Source: Methanobacteriota archaeon (GTDB lineage Archaea > Thermoplasmatota > Poseidoniia > Poseidoniales > Poseidoniaceae). From it: 64,000 bases of DNA. Within the stretch, counting starts at the first letter, position 1, and each line of letters starts with the position of its first letter. The stretch lies in NCBI GenBank assembly GCA_002706065.1, contig PAJM01000017.1, positions 77,044 to 141,043 of the forward strand. Reading direction: 5' to 3'. Of the stretch, positions 9,301 to 18,167 are shown piece after piece. The translations under genes and the position numbers were made by a program. The notes under the pieces were generated by a model. That model had not been told where the DNA came from. It saw nothing but the letters and a program-made list of their open reading frames with translations, and ran no database searches.

Positions 9301-11656
9301 AATCGCTACCGAATTTGCAGGCACCACTCCAACGAAATGGGAAACAATTCCAGTTGGAGACCCACATGAAGCTCTTCGTGTTAAAGTCCTTGAATTGCTT
9401 GGTTCAGAGGGTCCAAAAACCATGGATCTACTTCACCAGCGACTACCGTTTTCAGAAAAATCCGTTGACCGAATCGTTCACGAATTGGAAACAAGGAACG
9501 TAATTACGGTCGGCTTCTTTACACAAACTGAGGATGCTGAACTCATTCTCAAGGTCGATGAACATCGAATCACGGGCGGTGAGGAGCAGATTGTTGAATA
9601 TCGATGGATTCAAAATTTAGTACTCGATAAATCATTCAAGAAGTATGCAGACGTCTTTGAAGCGTTCAACGAACACGTCCTCGTTCAAAAACAACAAGAA
9701 TTACTCTACAGGATCGAAGATTTCCGTTTCAAGGATTGGAAAGACTTACAGTTGGATTCGGACGTTGTCAGCGGCAGGTTGCTGCACAATCGAATGGGAT
9801 ACACAACCAAAAACAACATCCCGATGCTCCTTGGGCTGAAACCGGAACCTTGGGTTGGTGCGATGGAAGAAGAAGTCTTGTCGAAACTGTACCCTGGTGA
9901 AAACATCACACGACAAGAACTGGTTCAAGACTTTCCGAAAGGAGAAGAACATCGTCAGCTTGAACGCGATGTCAAAAACGCCATATCCAACCTTGACCGT
10001 CAAATGCTGTTTGTGAAGCAATTTGAGGAAGTCATTGGTCGTCGGCGAAGATTGTCCTTGTTCCATAAAGTCCATGGCGTCTATGAACCAATGGATTTTG
10101 AGGATGCATTGGAAGAAATTGTTCGTCGTATGGGTCCGGTAAAGGCAAGCACATTGCGGTTTTACGTGTCAAGAAATTATGAGGACTTGCTTGTCGCACT
10201 GCATAATCTTGAGACAAGTAATCGAATTTCAAAGGTTACTGCTCTTGTACCTGACACGGAGGACTTCTACTGCATGCCTGCTGAAGTTGACATGTTGCAA
10301 GTACCTCGTCGTGAAGATCGAACCATCAGAATTTTGACTCAGTCTGACCCATACGTATCTCGATTTATCTGGGAGGTACGGTCTGCATTGGATCGAGGAT
10401 GGTATCTCCCGGTCTTCAAAGGCGTAGATCCTGTTGGAAAAGTTCTGATGTTCCGTGTGAACGATTATCTTGAAATCAAAGACATGCATGTACCGACAGC
10501 ATATTTCGAAGAATTCTGTGATGCCTTCCATGTCTTGCTTGAAAATCACGCAGATCAACTGGTCGATGTTGCGGTTTTAACCAACGTCAACAGTGAACCG
10601 ATTTCTGAACTCAGCACACCAATGAGGAATGGTTTGGAGCGAATAGGATTCAAGCAAGTTGGAGAACGTATGATACGCGGAGGAGTTGTTGACCCCCAGC
10701 CAAGAGAAATTGCTGAACGGGCTTTGTTTCATCAACATCACTTACACCAAGAAACGCGCCATGAAAACGAGACCTTAGCCCTTCGAAAAATCAAAGAAAT
10801 TCGTGATGATTTTGCATTACGAGGACGCTGTGAAGTCTTCAGAGCCAATCTCAAATCCATGGCGAGTGCGAACCGACTTCACAAGGGAGTCAACATGCGT
10901 GGACATCAAGTGTGGGCACCGTATGACTATTTCGAAACCTTGCTTACGATACGGGGTATACCACCAGAAGAGGACTTGGTTGACATCATTGATTTCTTCA
11001 GTACACAAACGGATCCCAACATCTTCAAAGAACGTCATGCTCTTTCCCAGTCCGAATTTAGAAAACTTGTCCAACCCCTGATTCGAACCGGCCACATCGT
11101 TGAGGATTTCCGTGGAGGGTTCCGTTCGGTCCATCCAAGAACTGATGAGGACCCTGTACACTTACGACGTGAATACTTACGCAGTTTGGTCAGCGACTAT
11201 CCAATCATTACCATCAAACAATTGTTGCGACTTTCTGGAACGCCGTTCAAACCCGAAGAATTGAAAGCAATCCTCAATGAATTCGAAGAAGATGGAACGT
11301 TGGTTAAAGGGTTCTTGATCGAGAACTTGCATGAGGTGTGTTGGGGTCGAAAAGAATTGCTTGAATCGGCCAAGTCCATCAATCCAATCCGTGACTTTGT
11401 TCTACCACCAACCGACCCTATTGCACCATACTTTGGCGACGTTCTCAAAGAACGGTTTGGATTCGGAAGTGCCTATCTCGTGTTCAAGAATGCAGAACCT
11501 GTTGCGGCCTTCAAGGCCAACACTCGGAATAAAACCATTGACGTCACAGATTACGAAGGCAGTGAAAAGGGATGGCGTGTGGTCAAAGAGTTCGCTTGGG
11601 AACATCAAATGCCACTGAAAACAGAGTTGCGAATTGGTGGAAAAAAGATGCAATAA
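6365..11656 (+). CDS. lhr: Lhr-family ATP-dependent DExH helicase, long form (1763 aa) with a C-terminal array of winged-helix modules
   Basis: Helicase motifs I 'CSPTGSGKT', II 'IIDELH', III 'ISATM' and VI 'QRIGRAGH', with 'HHGSMDKKIR...VVTSSSLEMGIDIG'. The C-terminal ~900 aa contain at least four wHTH-like segments (for example 'GPKTMDLLHQRLPFSEKSVDRIVHELETRNVITV' and 'ITIKQLLRLSGTPFKPEELKAILNEFEEDGTLVKG') and two 'DP(Y/I)..' AlkZ-like tails. Confidence 0.85.
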   Translation: MPEITYLEHPTETDVLMEKLCAPVRNWFKEKFPDFTRPQKLAIPTIMEGGHLLLCSPTGSGKTLTAFLTIIDQLVRKALDGKLEKRIHCVYISPIKALANDIQKNLIGPLTEISERFLPDRAQEIRVGLRTGDTPQSERQKMLRNPPHILITTPESLAIAITSPKFQPIVSDVEYMIIDELHSLVPTKRGVHLALTLAYLDTLLERPVQRIGISATMEPLETVAEYLVASDDRESRGDGQKVYIAKVSGSRELDLDILLPHPKFSDLPVLKVLDENINVIADLISAHNTTLVFANTRKMTETLVQRLRRPEFGLGELVAGHHGSMDKKIRLNVEQQLKKGHLRAVVTSSSLEMGIDIGAVDMVIQLGSPGDIATALQRIGRAGHHVGGIPRARLLPSSVDDLIELAALQAAIQSGDMDRLDFPENCLDVVAQFLIGLVIINEIDIDEAFEIVSSAWNYRNFEYDDFIEVLDMLEDERRVWIDWEDNTYGKRGYSRMIYYTNIGTIAPDNSYLVFNAEGSILGQLSGSFVSNLRGGDVILLGGSTYRVTNIQGTRVNVSSVTGYRPTVPSWSGEARSRSRELSSSLLSLIRHCMVSLRREQDPRVVLRDAYGLSTSVSNAIARHLEEHTIDSFQVPEPNRILIEQIIGTGHPAYLITTCRGRGFNTALGYFMAGIAESSGISVIELSFDENGLLIRTAQEVDPAQLYDAFRSNNHIEVIERYIINTQIFAKRFREVAGRSMIIPKRVGAEEISPQQFQQKAEALLTRHRTMEGSLLMREAKNEVMFGDIDIIGLNQFLESCIEGDARIVHTKVTIPSRLGMSLYMSAFEDLMSMKTRAFLVKDIDPEVLRRLMGTRSLATEMTTEQLDKYYSDKAPVPHSPESLYELMQHGGGLDREFNNPLYRDKLEGIELGVIRSWVEDLCQSGKITKINGTGQPEIDGKWFNPFMAEIHGTLACLATNNSSSIVDLRDYDTKDMSFEIATEFAGTTPTKWETIPVGDPHEALRVKVLELLGSEGPKTMDLLHQRLPFSEKSVDRIVHELETRNVITVGFFTQTEDAELILKVDEHRITGGEEQIVEYRWIQNLVLDKSFKKYADVFEAFNEHVLVQKQQELLYRIEDFRFKDWKDLQLDSDVVSGRLLHNRMGYTTKNNIPMLLGLKPEPWVGAMEEEVLSKLYPGENITRQELVQDFPKGEEHRQLERDVKNAISNLDRQMLFVKQFEEVIGRRRRLSLFHKVHGVYEPMDFEDALEEIVRRMGPVKASTLRFYVSRNYEDLLVALHNLETSNRISKVTALVPDTEDFYCMPAEVDMLQVPRREDRTIRILTQSDPYVSRFIWEVRSALDRGWYLPVFKGVDPVGKVLMFRVNDYLEIKDMHVPTAYFEEFCDAFHVLLENHADQLVDVAVLTNVNSEPISELSTPMRNGLERIGFKQVGERMIRGGVVDPQPREIAERALFHQHHLHQETRHENETLALRKIKEIRDDFALRGRCEVFRANLKSMASANRLHKGVNMRGHQVWAPYDYFETLLTIRGIPPEEDLVDIIDFFSTQTDPNIFKERHALSQSEFRKLVQPLIRTGHIVEDFRGGFRSVHPRTDEDPVHLRREYLRSLVSDYPIITIKQLLRLSGTPFKPEELKAILNEFEEDGTLVKGFLIENLHEVCWGRKELLESAKSINPIRDFVLPPTDPIAPYFGDVLKERFGFGSAYLVFKNAEPVAAFKANTRNKTIDVTDYEGSEKGWRVVKEFAWEHQMPLKTELRIGGKKMQ

Positions 11657-11729
11657 CTGCATGTTCCAAGCATAAATCGGATTATGATGTAGGAAAAGGA
11701 GTTATGAACGTCCATCCATTGAACACACC

Positions 11730-14700
11730 ATGGCCAAAGGCTCTCGCGTTGTTGCAACATCGTTAATTTTCATTCTACTGGCATCGACCTGCATCGTTGC
11801 TCCTGCGCATGCGCAGTCTGATTTGTCTGATGATATTGACGTCCTTCATACCGCCATCAATCCAAGCAACAACAAAACCTACCACCTACTCACGGCATCA
11901 TCTTGGGAAGATGCAGCGTACATTGCACGCACCCTTGATGGATATTTGACAACCATTGACGATGAAGAAGAGAACACATGGGTGTTTGATACCTTTGCGA
12001 GTTTTGATGATCAAAGCCGTCACCTGTGGATTGGACTCAACGATGTCCAAGACGAAGGGATGTACCGTTGGCACGACGGCACCCCGTTCCTGTATCGAAA
12101 CTGGGGTGTTGATCAGCCAACAGGTGGTGATGATTCAGACTATGTCCACATCGCCTCGACGAACATGGGGAACATCATGCCGCAAACGTGGAACGACCTG
12201 GAAAACAATCCAGAATACTTCCCAGTGTACGGTGTTGTTGAAGTTGGACCAGGTGCTGACTTTTCTCTTCGATTTGATGGTCTCGAAGACCACATTGTCA
12301 TCGAGCATGACGAAGGTTTGGTTGCAAACGGATCGTTGAGCATTGAAGCTACCATCAAAGCGAGCAATCTTGACGGCATCCGCTTCGTCACCATGAAGGG
12401 TGACTATGGTTGGGGAATGTACCTCGCAAACGGTGCGATAGGTTACGCATCGGAATACAGCCTATCCAAACACCCAACATCCAACATGAGCATAACAGAA
12501 GACACATGGCATACCATCGGTGTTCACGTCAATGAAGGAATTGGTGGAATGTTCACGATTGACGGTATACCAGCAGGGAACATTTCTGCCGAGGATGCCA
12601 ATATTCCAGAAGGTGATTTTGGCTCAAACGATTGCTACACGTCAGGCGATTCATGCGATGAACTGTACATCGCTCGAGCTGGTGCAGGTTGTGATTGCTA
12701 TTATTTCGAGGGAATCATCGATGATATCACCATTGCCCACGAAGAAGACGGTGAATGGAACATCGCGAGTCAATGGACCTTCTGGGAAGGAGAAGGCAGT
12801 GATACGGGTGATGCTCTCAATGACCAGACACAGAATCGTGTTGGTTTCATCAACGGTGCGGATTGGGTCATGCCTGATGGATCGATTGTCGCACAAGCTG
12901 TCGAATTGTCCAACGATGAGTACTACCTCGTCAACGACATAAAGGAAGGAGATACACTTCTCTTTTACGCTGACCTTGATCAGTACACGTTCCTATTGGA
13001 CGTGTACATGTGGGGCTGGTCTGAGGACTTTTTCGAAGAGTGGGAGGACGACGATTATTTTGACGGGTTGAGATTTGATGCCTATGTTGGATACGATCGT
13101 ATACCTGCACCGTGGGATAATGATCTCGAATTATCTGGTTTTTACGGGTCGATATGGAATTCTTGGACATGGCCTGAAGCGGATGTTGTATGGTTCTCCG
13201 TGGTTGCGAATGCTGACATCGATGAACTCGAGATTCAAGCCACCTGGGACGTTGCAGAGGAACCACCAAGTCTGGATGAAATGACCGAATTGTTCAATGG
13301 TGTTCCTATCACATCACAATCATTGAATGTTGACCGAGGGAGTTATGACGCAGAGACGTCCTATTACTACGTCAATGTCACAGATTCCCTAACCGAGTTG
13401 AAGATTGAAACATATGGTGGTAAAGGCAATGTCGACCTCATCCTTTCCGCTGGAGGACCCATTGATCCGAATTACTACTATTCCTACGACATCGAACCAT
13501 ATTATGAAGAATTCATCGAAGGCAATGGCGGGCAAAGCAGTGTTGTTTGGTCGGCGAACGAAGGGAACAATGAGGAAGCAAACTTGTTTGACGTTGAACC
13601 TGGAATTTACTACATTACAGCATTCACGTACAGAAAAGCGAACGATTTCACGATCGTAGCAGATTACACGTACGCACCTGCCAACTCCGATCCATCAACG
13701 GCCATTGAATTGCAACCAGGTATCGCTCATGGACCGATGAGTGGCTATGATGGACTGGACCAGTATTTCTTCGTCGAAGTTCCAACTGGAACGGAACGAC
13801 TTGAAGTCGATTTGAATGGCGGATTTGGTGAAGCAGCACTTCACATGCGCTATGAAACCATACCGACAGCAAGTGAAGCAGACCATCACTCTGCTGTTCG
13901 TGGTGCCGGTGACAAAATTGGATTCAACAACCCAACACCTGGAACATGGTACATTCTACTCGATTCTGACAGCGTCTTTAGTGGAGTATCAATAACTGCA
14001 TCATTTGAGGACCTCTATGTATGGGAATACGATGGAACACCGATTGAATTGTTCAACAATGAAGAGATCGATGGATTGAGTGCGCCTGCAGGAAAGGAAT
14101 TGTACTTCTATGTGGATTTACAATCGCGCTCAGAGGAACTGATCATCATGACCTCTGGAGGTGAGGGTTCTCTCTACATTCAGGCGAGTGGCGAAGTCGA
14201 CTATGGTGGATTCTTTGAATTTGGTGAATTTGACGAATTTGAGATGTTTGAAGATGAGATGTTCGAGGAAGAATACACCTCGTATGGAGATGGAACGGAT
14301 CAAGAGGTCTACGTTTATTCACCTGCCCAAGGGCAATTTGATATTACCCTCGTCGCTGTCGATGACTTCTCAGATGTTTCGATTGTAGCGTACTGGATAG
14401 AAGTCAACCGCCCAGGACCAGACCCTGTTCTTCCAGTTGACGTCGAGCCAGATGACATTTTCCCATGTGATTATGGACTTGAAGCATTCTTTGCGGATGC
14501 AGATACCAACGGTGATGGATTGTTCAATTTTGATGAGTTTCGACGTTCTGGACCACCAGAAGGTACTGAGTTTACCGACGTGGATGAAAATGAAGATGGA
14601 ATGATTGAGTTTACCGAGGTCGTTGCATATCTTTGTACATGCGAAAATGAACTCACACGACTAATTGATCAGACGCCCTTCAAAACATCGATCGAATTTA

Positions 14701-15338
14701 TGGACTCCATCGCCCTGAAAAATGAATTTGAATTCAAAGGTATGGATTCAAATCGTGATCAATTTATCACGCATGATGAACTTGAAAAGGCAATCGAAAC
14801 GTGCAAAACGACATATGATCCATTCGACCGTGATGGTGATGGTGTCCCAGACATCAAGGACCAATTCCCTGACAACCCAGATGAGCAATCTGATGCTGAT
14901 GGCGACGGTATTGGAGACAATGCTGACTTCGCACCCAGCGTTGCCAACGATGTGGTCTACGGAGCTGGTGGAGCACTTCTTATTGTCCTCATTGGAATGA
15001 TGATTTTGTTTTTGCGTGGCGGTGGAGGGCCACAACAACACATGGAACAAGAATGGAACAAAACCGATGCATTCTCTGAACAGATGTTGAACATGAACAA
15101 TGAATATTCAACACGAGAAGAACTGCCTCAAGCACCTACCTTGGCTGCTGTTGAAACAGCATCGCAATCCTACCAATCCAATGAACTTCCAATCTATGAT
15201 TTTGGTCAGATTGACGAGCCAGCAGCGAGCTTGATGGGCGTTATGGATTCAAGCGGTCGTGAACACATCGAATACCCTGCAAACAGTGGCCGGTTGTGGT
15301 CTCGAGACCAACCAGATTCTCCTTGGATTAAGGAATAG
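11730..15338 (+). CDS. Secreted multidomain surface protein (signal peptide; C-type-lectin-like, LamG-like, three PPC-like domains, EF-hand loops, thrombospondin type-3 repeats; TM helix plus ~105-aa tail)
   Basis: Signal peptide 'LIFILLASTCIVAPAHA/QS'. CTLD motifs 'HLWIGLNDVQDEGMYRWHDGTPFLYRNWG..QPT' and 'WND'. LamG-like region 'SLRFDGLEDHIVIE...FEGIIDDITI'. PPC-like units 'YYYVNVTD..LKIETYGGKGNVDLIL', 'YFFVEVPTGTERLEVDLNGGFGEAALHM' and 'LYFYVDLQS..LIIMTSGGEGSLYI'. EF loops 'DADTNGDGLFNFDEF' and 'DVDENEDGMIEFTE'. TSP3 repeats 'DRDGDGVPDIKDQFPDNPDEQSDADGDGIGDNAD'. TM helix 'GALLIVLIGMMILFL'. Confidence 0.8.
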   Translation: MAKGSRVVATSLIFILLASTCIVAPAHAQSDLSDDIDVLHTAINPSNNKTYHLLTASSWEDAAYIARTLDGYLTTIDDEEENTWVFDTFASFDDQSRHLWIGLNDVQDEGMYRWHDGTPFLYRNWGVDQPTGGDDSDYVHIASTNMGNIMPQTWNDLENNPEYFPVYGVVEVGPGADFSLRFDGLEDHIVIEHDEGLVANGSLSIEATIKASNLDGIRFVTMKGDYGWGMYLANGAIGYASEYSLSKHPTSNMSITEDTWHTIGVHVNEGIGGMFTIDGIPAGNISAEDANIPEGDFGSNDCYTSGDSCDELYIARAGAGCDCYYFEGIIDDITIAHEEDGEWNIASQWTFWEGEGSDTGDALNDQTQNRVGFINGADWVMPDGSIVAQAVELSNDEYYLVNDIKEGDTLLFYADLDQYTFLLDVYMWGWSEDFFEEWEDDDYFDGLRFDAYVGYDRIPAPWDNDLELSGFYGSIWNSWTWPEADVVWFSVVANADIDELEIQATWDVAEEPPSLDEMTELFNGVPITSQSLNVDRGSYDAETSYYYVNVTDSLTELKIETYGGKGNVDLILSAGGPIDPNYYYSYDIEPYYEEFIEGNGGQSSVVWSANEGNNEEANLFDVEPGIYYITAFTYRKANDFTIVADYTYAPANSDPSTAIELQPGIAHGPMSGYDGLDQYFFVEVPTGTERLEVDLNGGFGEAALHMRYETIPTASEADHHSAVRGAGDKIGFNNPTPGTWYILLDSDSVFSGVSITASFEDLYVWEYDGTPIELFNNEEIDGLSAPAGKELYFYVDLQSRSEELIIMTSGGEGSLYIQASGEVDYGGFFEFGEFDEFEMFEDEMFEEEYTSYGDGTDQEVYVYSPAQGQFDITLVAVDDFSDVSIVAYWIEVNRPGPDPVLPVDVEPDDIFPCDYGLEAFFADADTNGDGLFNFDEFRRSGPPEGTEFTDVDENEDGMIEFTEVVAYLCTCENELTRLIDQTPFKTSIEFMDSIALKNEFEFKGMDSNRDQFITHDELEKAIETCKTTYDPFDRDGDGVPDIKDQFPDNPDEQSDADGDGIGDNADFAPSVANDVVYGAGGALLIVLIGMMILFLRGGGGPQQHMEQEWNKTDAFSEQMLNMNNEYSTREELPQAPTLAAVETASQSYQSNELPIYDFGQIDEPAASLMGVMDSSGREHIEYPANSGRLWSRDQPDSPWIKE

Positions 15339-16278
15339 ACTTTGTTCTCTTTTTTCGAAGTCCTGCGGATTCAAGCAATCGCAGAATATGTCGATGAAGT
15401 TCTGGTAGAAGTTCAAACATGGCAATCGCCATGATGAACATTGCAAAGAGTGAGACCACTCGTGATGCATAGGAATGGCCAAATTCAAACATGCTCAATC
15501 CCAAGTATTCCCACCCTTCGTACGAGAGATGCATCCAGATCAATCCAGCGTTTCTGAATAGGTTGAGGATGTGGATGATTGGGATTGTGAACAAGAGCGC
15601 TCGTATTCTTCGCTTTCGGTCCACTTCAAGGACTGAAATTGCACCAATAAACACAATCATGGATTGGAGAGCAGTACACGCAAGCACAAAGTTGATTCCG
15701 ATAAATCCTCCATCTGCCATGATGAGTTCTGTCTGAAACGGATGTTCTGCAAAACCATCGGTCATGAACCACTTATTTCCGTCCCATTCGGACCACAAAA
15801 ATCTCCCTTCATCTGTGTTGACATATGTCTCTCCAAGTTTGATATCAACCATTCCAGTGAACGAAAGAAACATTGCAACTTGGGATGCAACGAACCAGAT
15901 TGCCAATACGGATAACCACGGAATATGAGCTACAAGAAGGTAGGGTCCACCAGCATAAGCAACACAACCGCGTGCCCAATTCAACGCAGCACGATCGCGA
16001 ACGGTCAATGAACGCGCTTCAGCAATCACCAATGCAACAGCGATTGGTAGGGCTAAGGCTGTCATTATGGTGAGAACAAGGTCATTGAGTTCAAAATAGT
16101 ACAACGAGTCGTTGAAAAAGTAGATTCCAACGAGAATCCAGCCCGCTTGCGCCTGTTTTGAAACACCATCACTGTGACGCTTGTGCCATGAAATGGCAAG
16201 AAGAACCATTCCAAGAGCACCTGCGATCGTAGCGATCTCCTTGGAGAGGAACATACACTTCCCAATACTCAACCTCAT
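15328..16278 (-). CDS. Archaeosortase/exosortase-family membrane protein (putative)
   Basis: Polytopic 316-aa protein with the family's Cys/Arg/His spacing: 'LACTALQSM' (catalytic-Cys-like), 'ILNLFRNAGLI' about 40 aa later (N..R motif), then 'FEFGHSYA'. The call rests on motifs only. Confidence 0.55.
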   Translation of the reverse strand: MRLSIGKCMFLSKEIATIAGALGMVLLAISWHKRHSDGVSKQAQAGWILVGIYFFNDSLYYFELNDLVLTIMTALALPIAVALVIAEARSLTVRDRAALNWARGCVAYAGGPYLLVAHIPWLSVLAIWFVASQVAMFLSFTGMVDIKLGETYVNTDEGRFLWSEWDGNKWFMTDGFAEHPFQTELIMADGGFIGINFVLACTALQSMIVFIGAISVLEVDRKRRIRALLFTIPIIHILNLFRNAGLIWMHLSYEGWEYLGLSMFEFGHSYASRVVSLFAMFIMAIAMFELLPELHRHILRLLESAGLRKKRTKSIP

Positions 16279-16321
16279 AGAAACGTTTGCCCATTAAGTC
16301 CAACAACCGGTTCATTGTCCA

Positions 16322-16942
16322 ATGGGCATGGAAGGACCGATTGTTGATGGTTCAGGCTCTGCAAACGGGCCAATTGCATTCATCGATCGTGATGGTGTAC
16401 TCAACTATGGCAGGAATGGCTACGTCAATCAACCACATGAGTTGGTCATTATTCCAGGCAGTGGTCATGCCATTGCTCGGTTGAGACAGAAAGGATATGC
16501 AATTTGTGTTGTCACCAACCAATCCCCAATCATGCGAGGCTTGTGGACCGTTGAACGGCTCCATACCATTCACGATGCGTTGCGAAATCAGCTTCTTGAT
16601 GAGCATCCAGATGCTCAAATCGATATCATCATGACCTGCCCGCATCGTAATCGAGATCGTTGTGGTTGCCGGAAACCATGGCCTGGTATGTTGATTAAAG
16701 GAAACAACATTTTACGGAATCAGAATCAACCAAACCTCCACATCGATTGGGCAGGACAAAAGCCCGAATCGTTGCACCCACTGGACGTCATGGTTGGAGA
16801 TCGGAAATCGGATATGGGGGCGGGATGGGCAGTAGGAGCACGAACCTTCGAAGTATCGGATCGATTGGGGCTTCCTCAAGTCATCGATCGTATTCTCGAT
16901 GATGCCGATCAAGGCGACTTTTATGATCCTATGAGGTGGTAA
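16322..16942 (+). CDS. gmhB: HAD-IIIA phosphatase, D,D-heptose 1,7-bisphosphate phosphatase (GmhB)/histidinol-phosphatase-like
   Basis: HAD motif I 'AFIDRDGVLN', motif II 'VVTNQS', Zn-binding 'CPHRNRDRCGCRKPWPGM', motif IV 'MVGDRKSDMGAG'. Confidence 0.75.
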   Translation: MGMEGPIVDGSGSANGPIAFIDRDGVLNYGRNGYVNQPHELVIIPGSGHAIARLRQKGYAICVVTNQSPIMRGLWTVERLHTIHDALRNQLLDEHPDAQIDIIMTCPHRNRDRCGCRKPWPGMLIKGNNILRNQNQPNLHIDWAGQKPESLHPLDVMVGDRKSDMGAGWAVGARTFEVSDRLGLPQVIDRILDDADQGDFYDPMRW

Positions 16943-16958
16943 GATCGGCTGGTTAGGA

Positions 16959-18146
16959 TTGGATGATACGGACTCACTACACGGTGGATGTACAACAGAG
17001 GTTTTGTTCCATCTCATTCAGAATCTCCCTCCAAATGTTGAGGTTGGTCAAGCACGTCTTGTTCGCTTGTGGCCTTTTGCTCGTCAACGTACAAGAGGAA
17101 ATGCTGCAGTGGCCATTGAACTCAAGACGAGCGATGAACCATCGCTCTTGGAATTTTTCGATCGGTTTTGGAACGATACCATTCTGCCACTCAAGGGAAG
17201 AATCGAGGCAAGTCGTCACAACGAGCGAGAACAATTTCCCTCTGATCCTGGTATGGTTTGGTTCACTGAATTGGAACCTAACGTCCACCTCTATAGAAAT
17301 GGTTTACGCCAGGAGATGACGATTGCTGAGTTGCCCCCTCCGGCAAAGTCGTGGGGTGGTCATGGTCGAATTGGCGCTACATTGGCTGTCTGCTGGCCTG
17401 CTCAAACATCTACGTTTGAAGGAATTGCTTGGAGACTTCCCTACAGTCATGGAAACAGAAAACTGGATGCAAAAGCAGTCGAATTGGTTGACAACATGGA
17501 TTCCACGTTTTTGTGTCGTGACGATCGACTAGGAACCTCACTGTTAGCACCACGTGGTAATTCTCCAGTTTTGTTCGGAGTACGGACTTGGACCAAAGAA
17601 GCAGCTGAGGAAGCACTTCAGCTTCTGATTAGTGGTGAGCAAACTGAATCGGTTCAGGGGTATCTGGTGTTTGAAACAAACCATGCGACCAACGACCATT
17701 TAGAGGATTCCATCGATATTGAAATCAAGCGTGTTGAAATTCTCAAGGGAGGGCACACGTTGCTTTATTCATCAACAAACCAATACATGGCATTCAAGGA
17801 ATCAGGTGAAATTGCCTCAATTTGTCAACAATTATGCCAAGGTGATGTGATCGAATGCATGGGGATGCAGTCACCAGATGGCTCGGTACATATTGAGTAT
17901 CTTCGAATCAAACACTTGGTTGATGTCCGTGCGCGTCCGTTGTGTTCAATCTGCAACAAAGCAATGTCATCTATGGGACGAAATCAAGGTCTTCGCTGCA
18001 AAAAGTGTGGAAGGCAAATCGAAGATTCATGGGTGAAAACGCCTCGCTCACTGCCAGTGAATCGATGGATTCAGCCACCTGCCTCAGCACGCCGACATCT
18101 CGCAAAACCATTGGATGAAGCATCGAATAGGGAAAACAATCTTTAG
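16959..18146 (+). CDS. tiaS: tRNA(Ile2) 2-agmatinylcytidine synthetase TiaS
   Basis: N-terminal 'MDDTDSLHGGCTTEV' (TiaS kinase-like signature) and a C-terminal zinc ribbon 'CSICNKAM...LRCKKCG'. 395 aa. Confidence 0.85.
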   Translation: MDDTDSLHGGCTTEVLFHLIQNLPPNVEVGQARLVRLWPFARQRTRGNAAVAIELKTSDEPSLLEFFDRFWNDTILPLKGRIEASRHNEREQFPSDPGMVWFTELEPNVHLYRNGLRQEMTIAELPPPAKSWGGHGRIGATLAVCWPAQTSTFEGIAWRLPYSHGNRKLDAKAVELVDNMDSTFLCRDDRLGTSLLAPRGNSPVLFGVRTWTKEAAEEALQLLISGEQTESVQGYLVFETNHATNDHLEDSIDIEIKRVEILKGGHTLLYSSTNQYMAFKESGEIASICQQLCQGDVIECMGMQSPDGSVHIEYLRIKHLVDVRARPLCSICNKAMSSMGRNQGLRCKKCGRQIEDSWVKTPRSLPVNRWIQPPASARRHLAKPLDEASNRENNL

Positions 18147-18167
18147 CGCCAGTGTTGAGTAGGCCAC

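Noticed and set aside
14217-14252. Imperfect 9-bp tandem repeat (GAATTTGGT GAATTTGAC GAATTTGAG ATGTTTGAA) inside the adhesin gene
   Set aside because: It is in frame and encodes an acidic/aromatic linker (EFG-EFD-EFE-MFE). It is too short and degenerate to be a repeat array or CRISPR, so it is a coding low-complexity segment.
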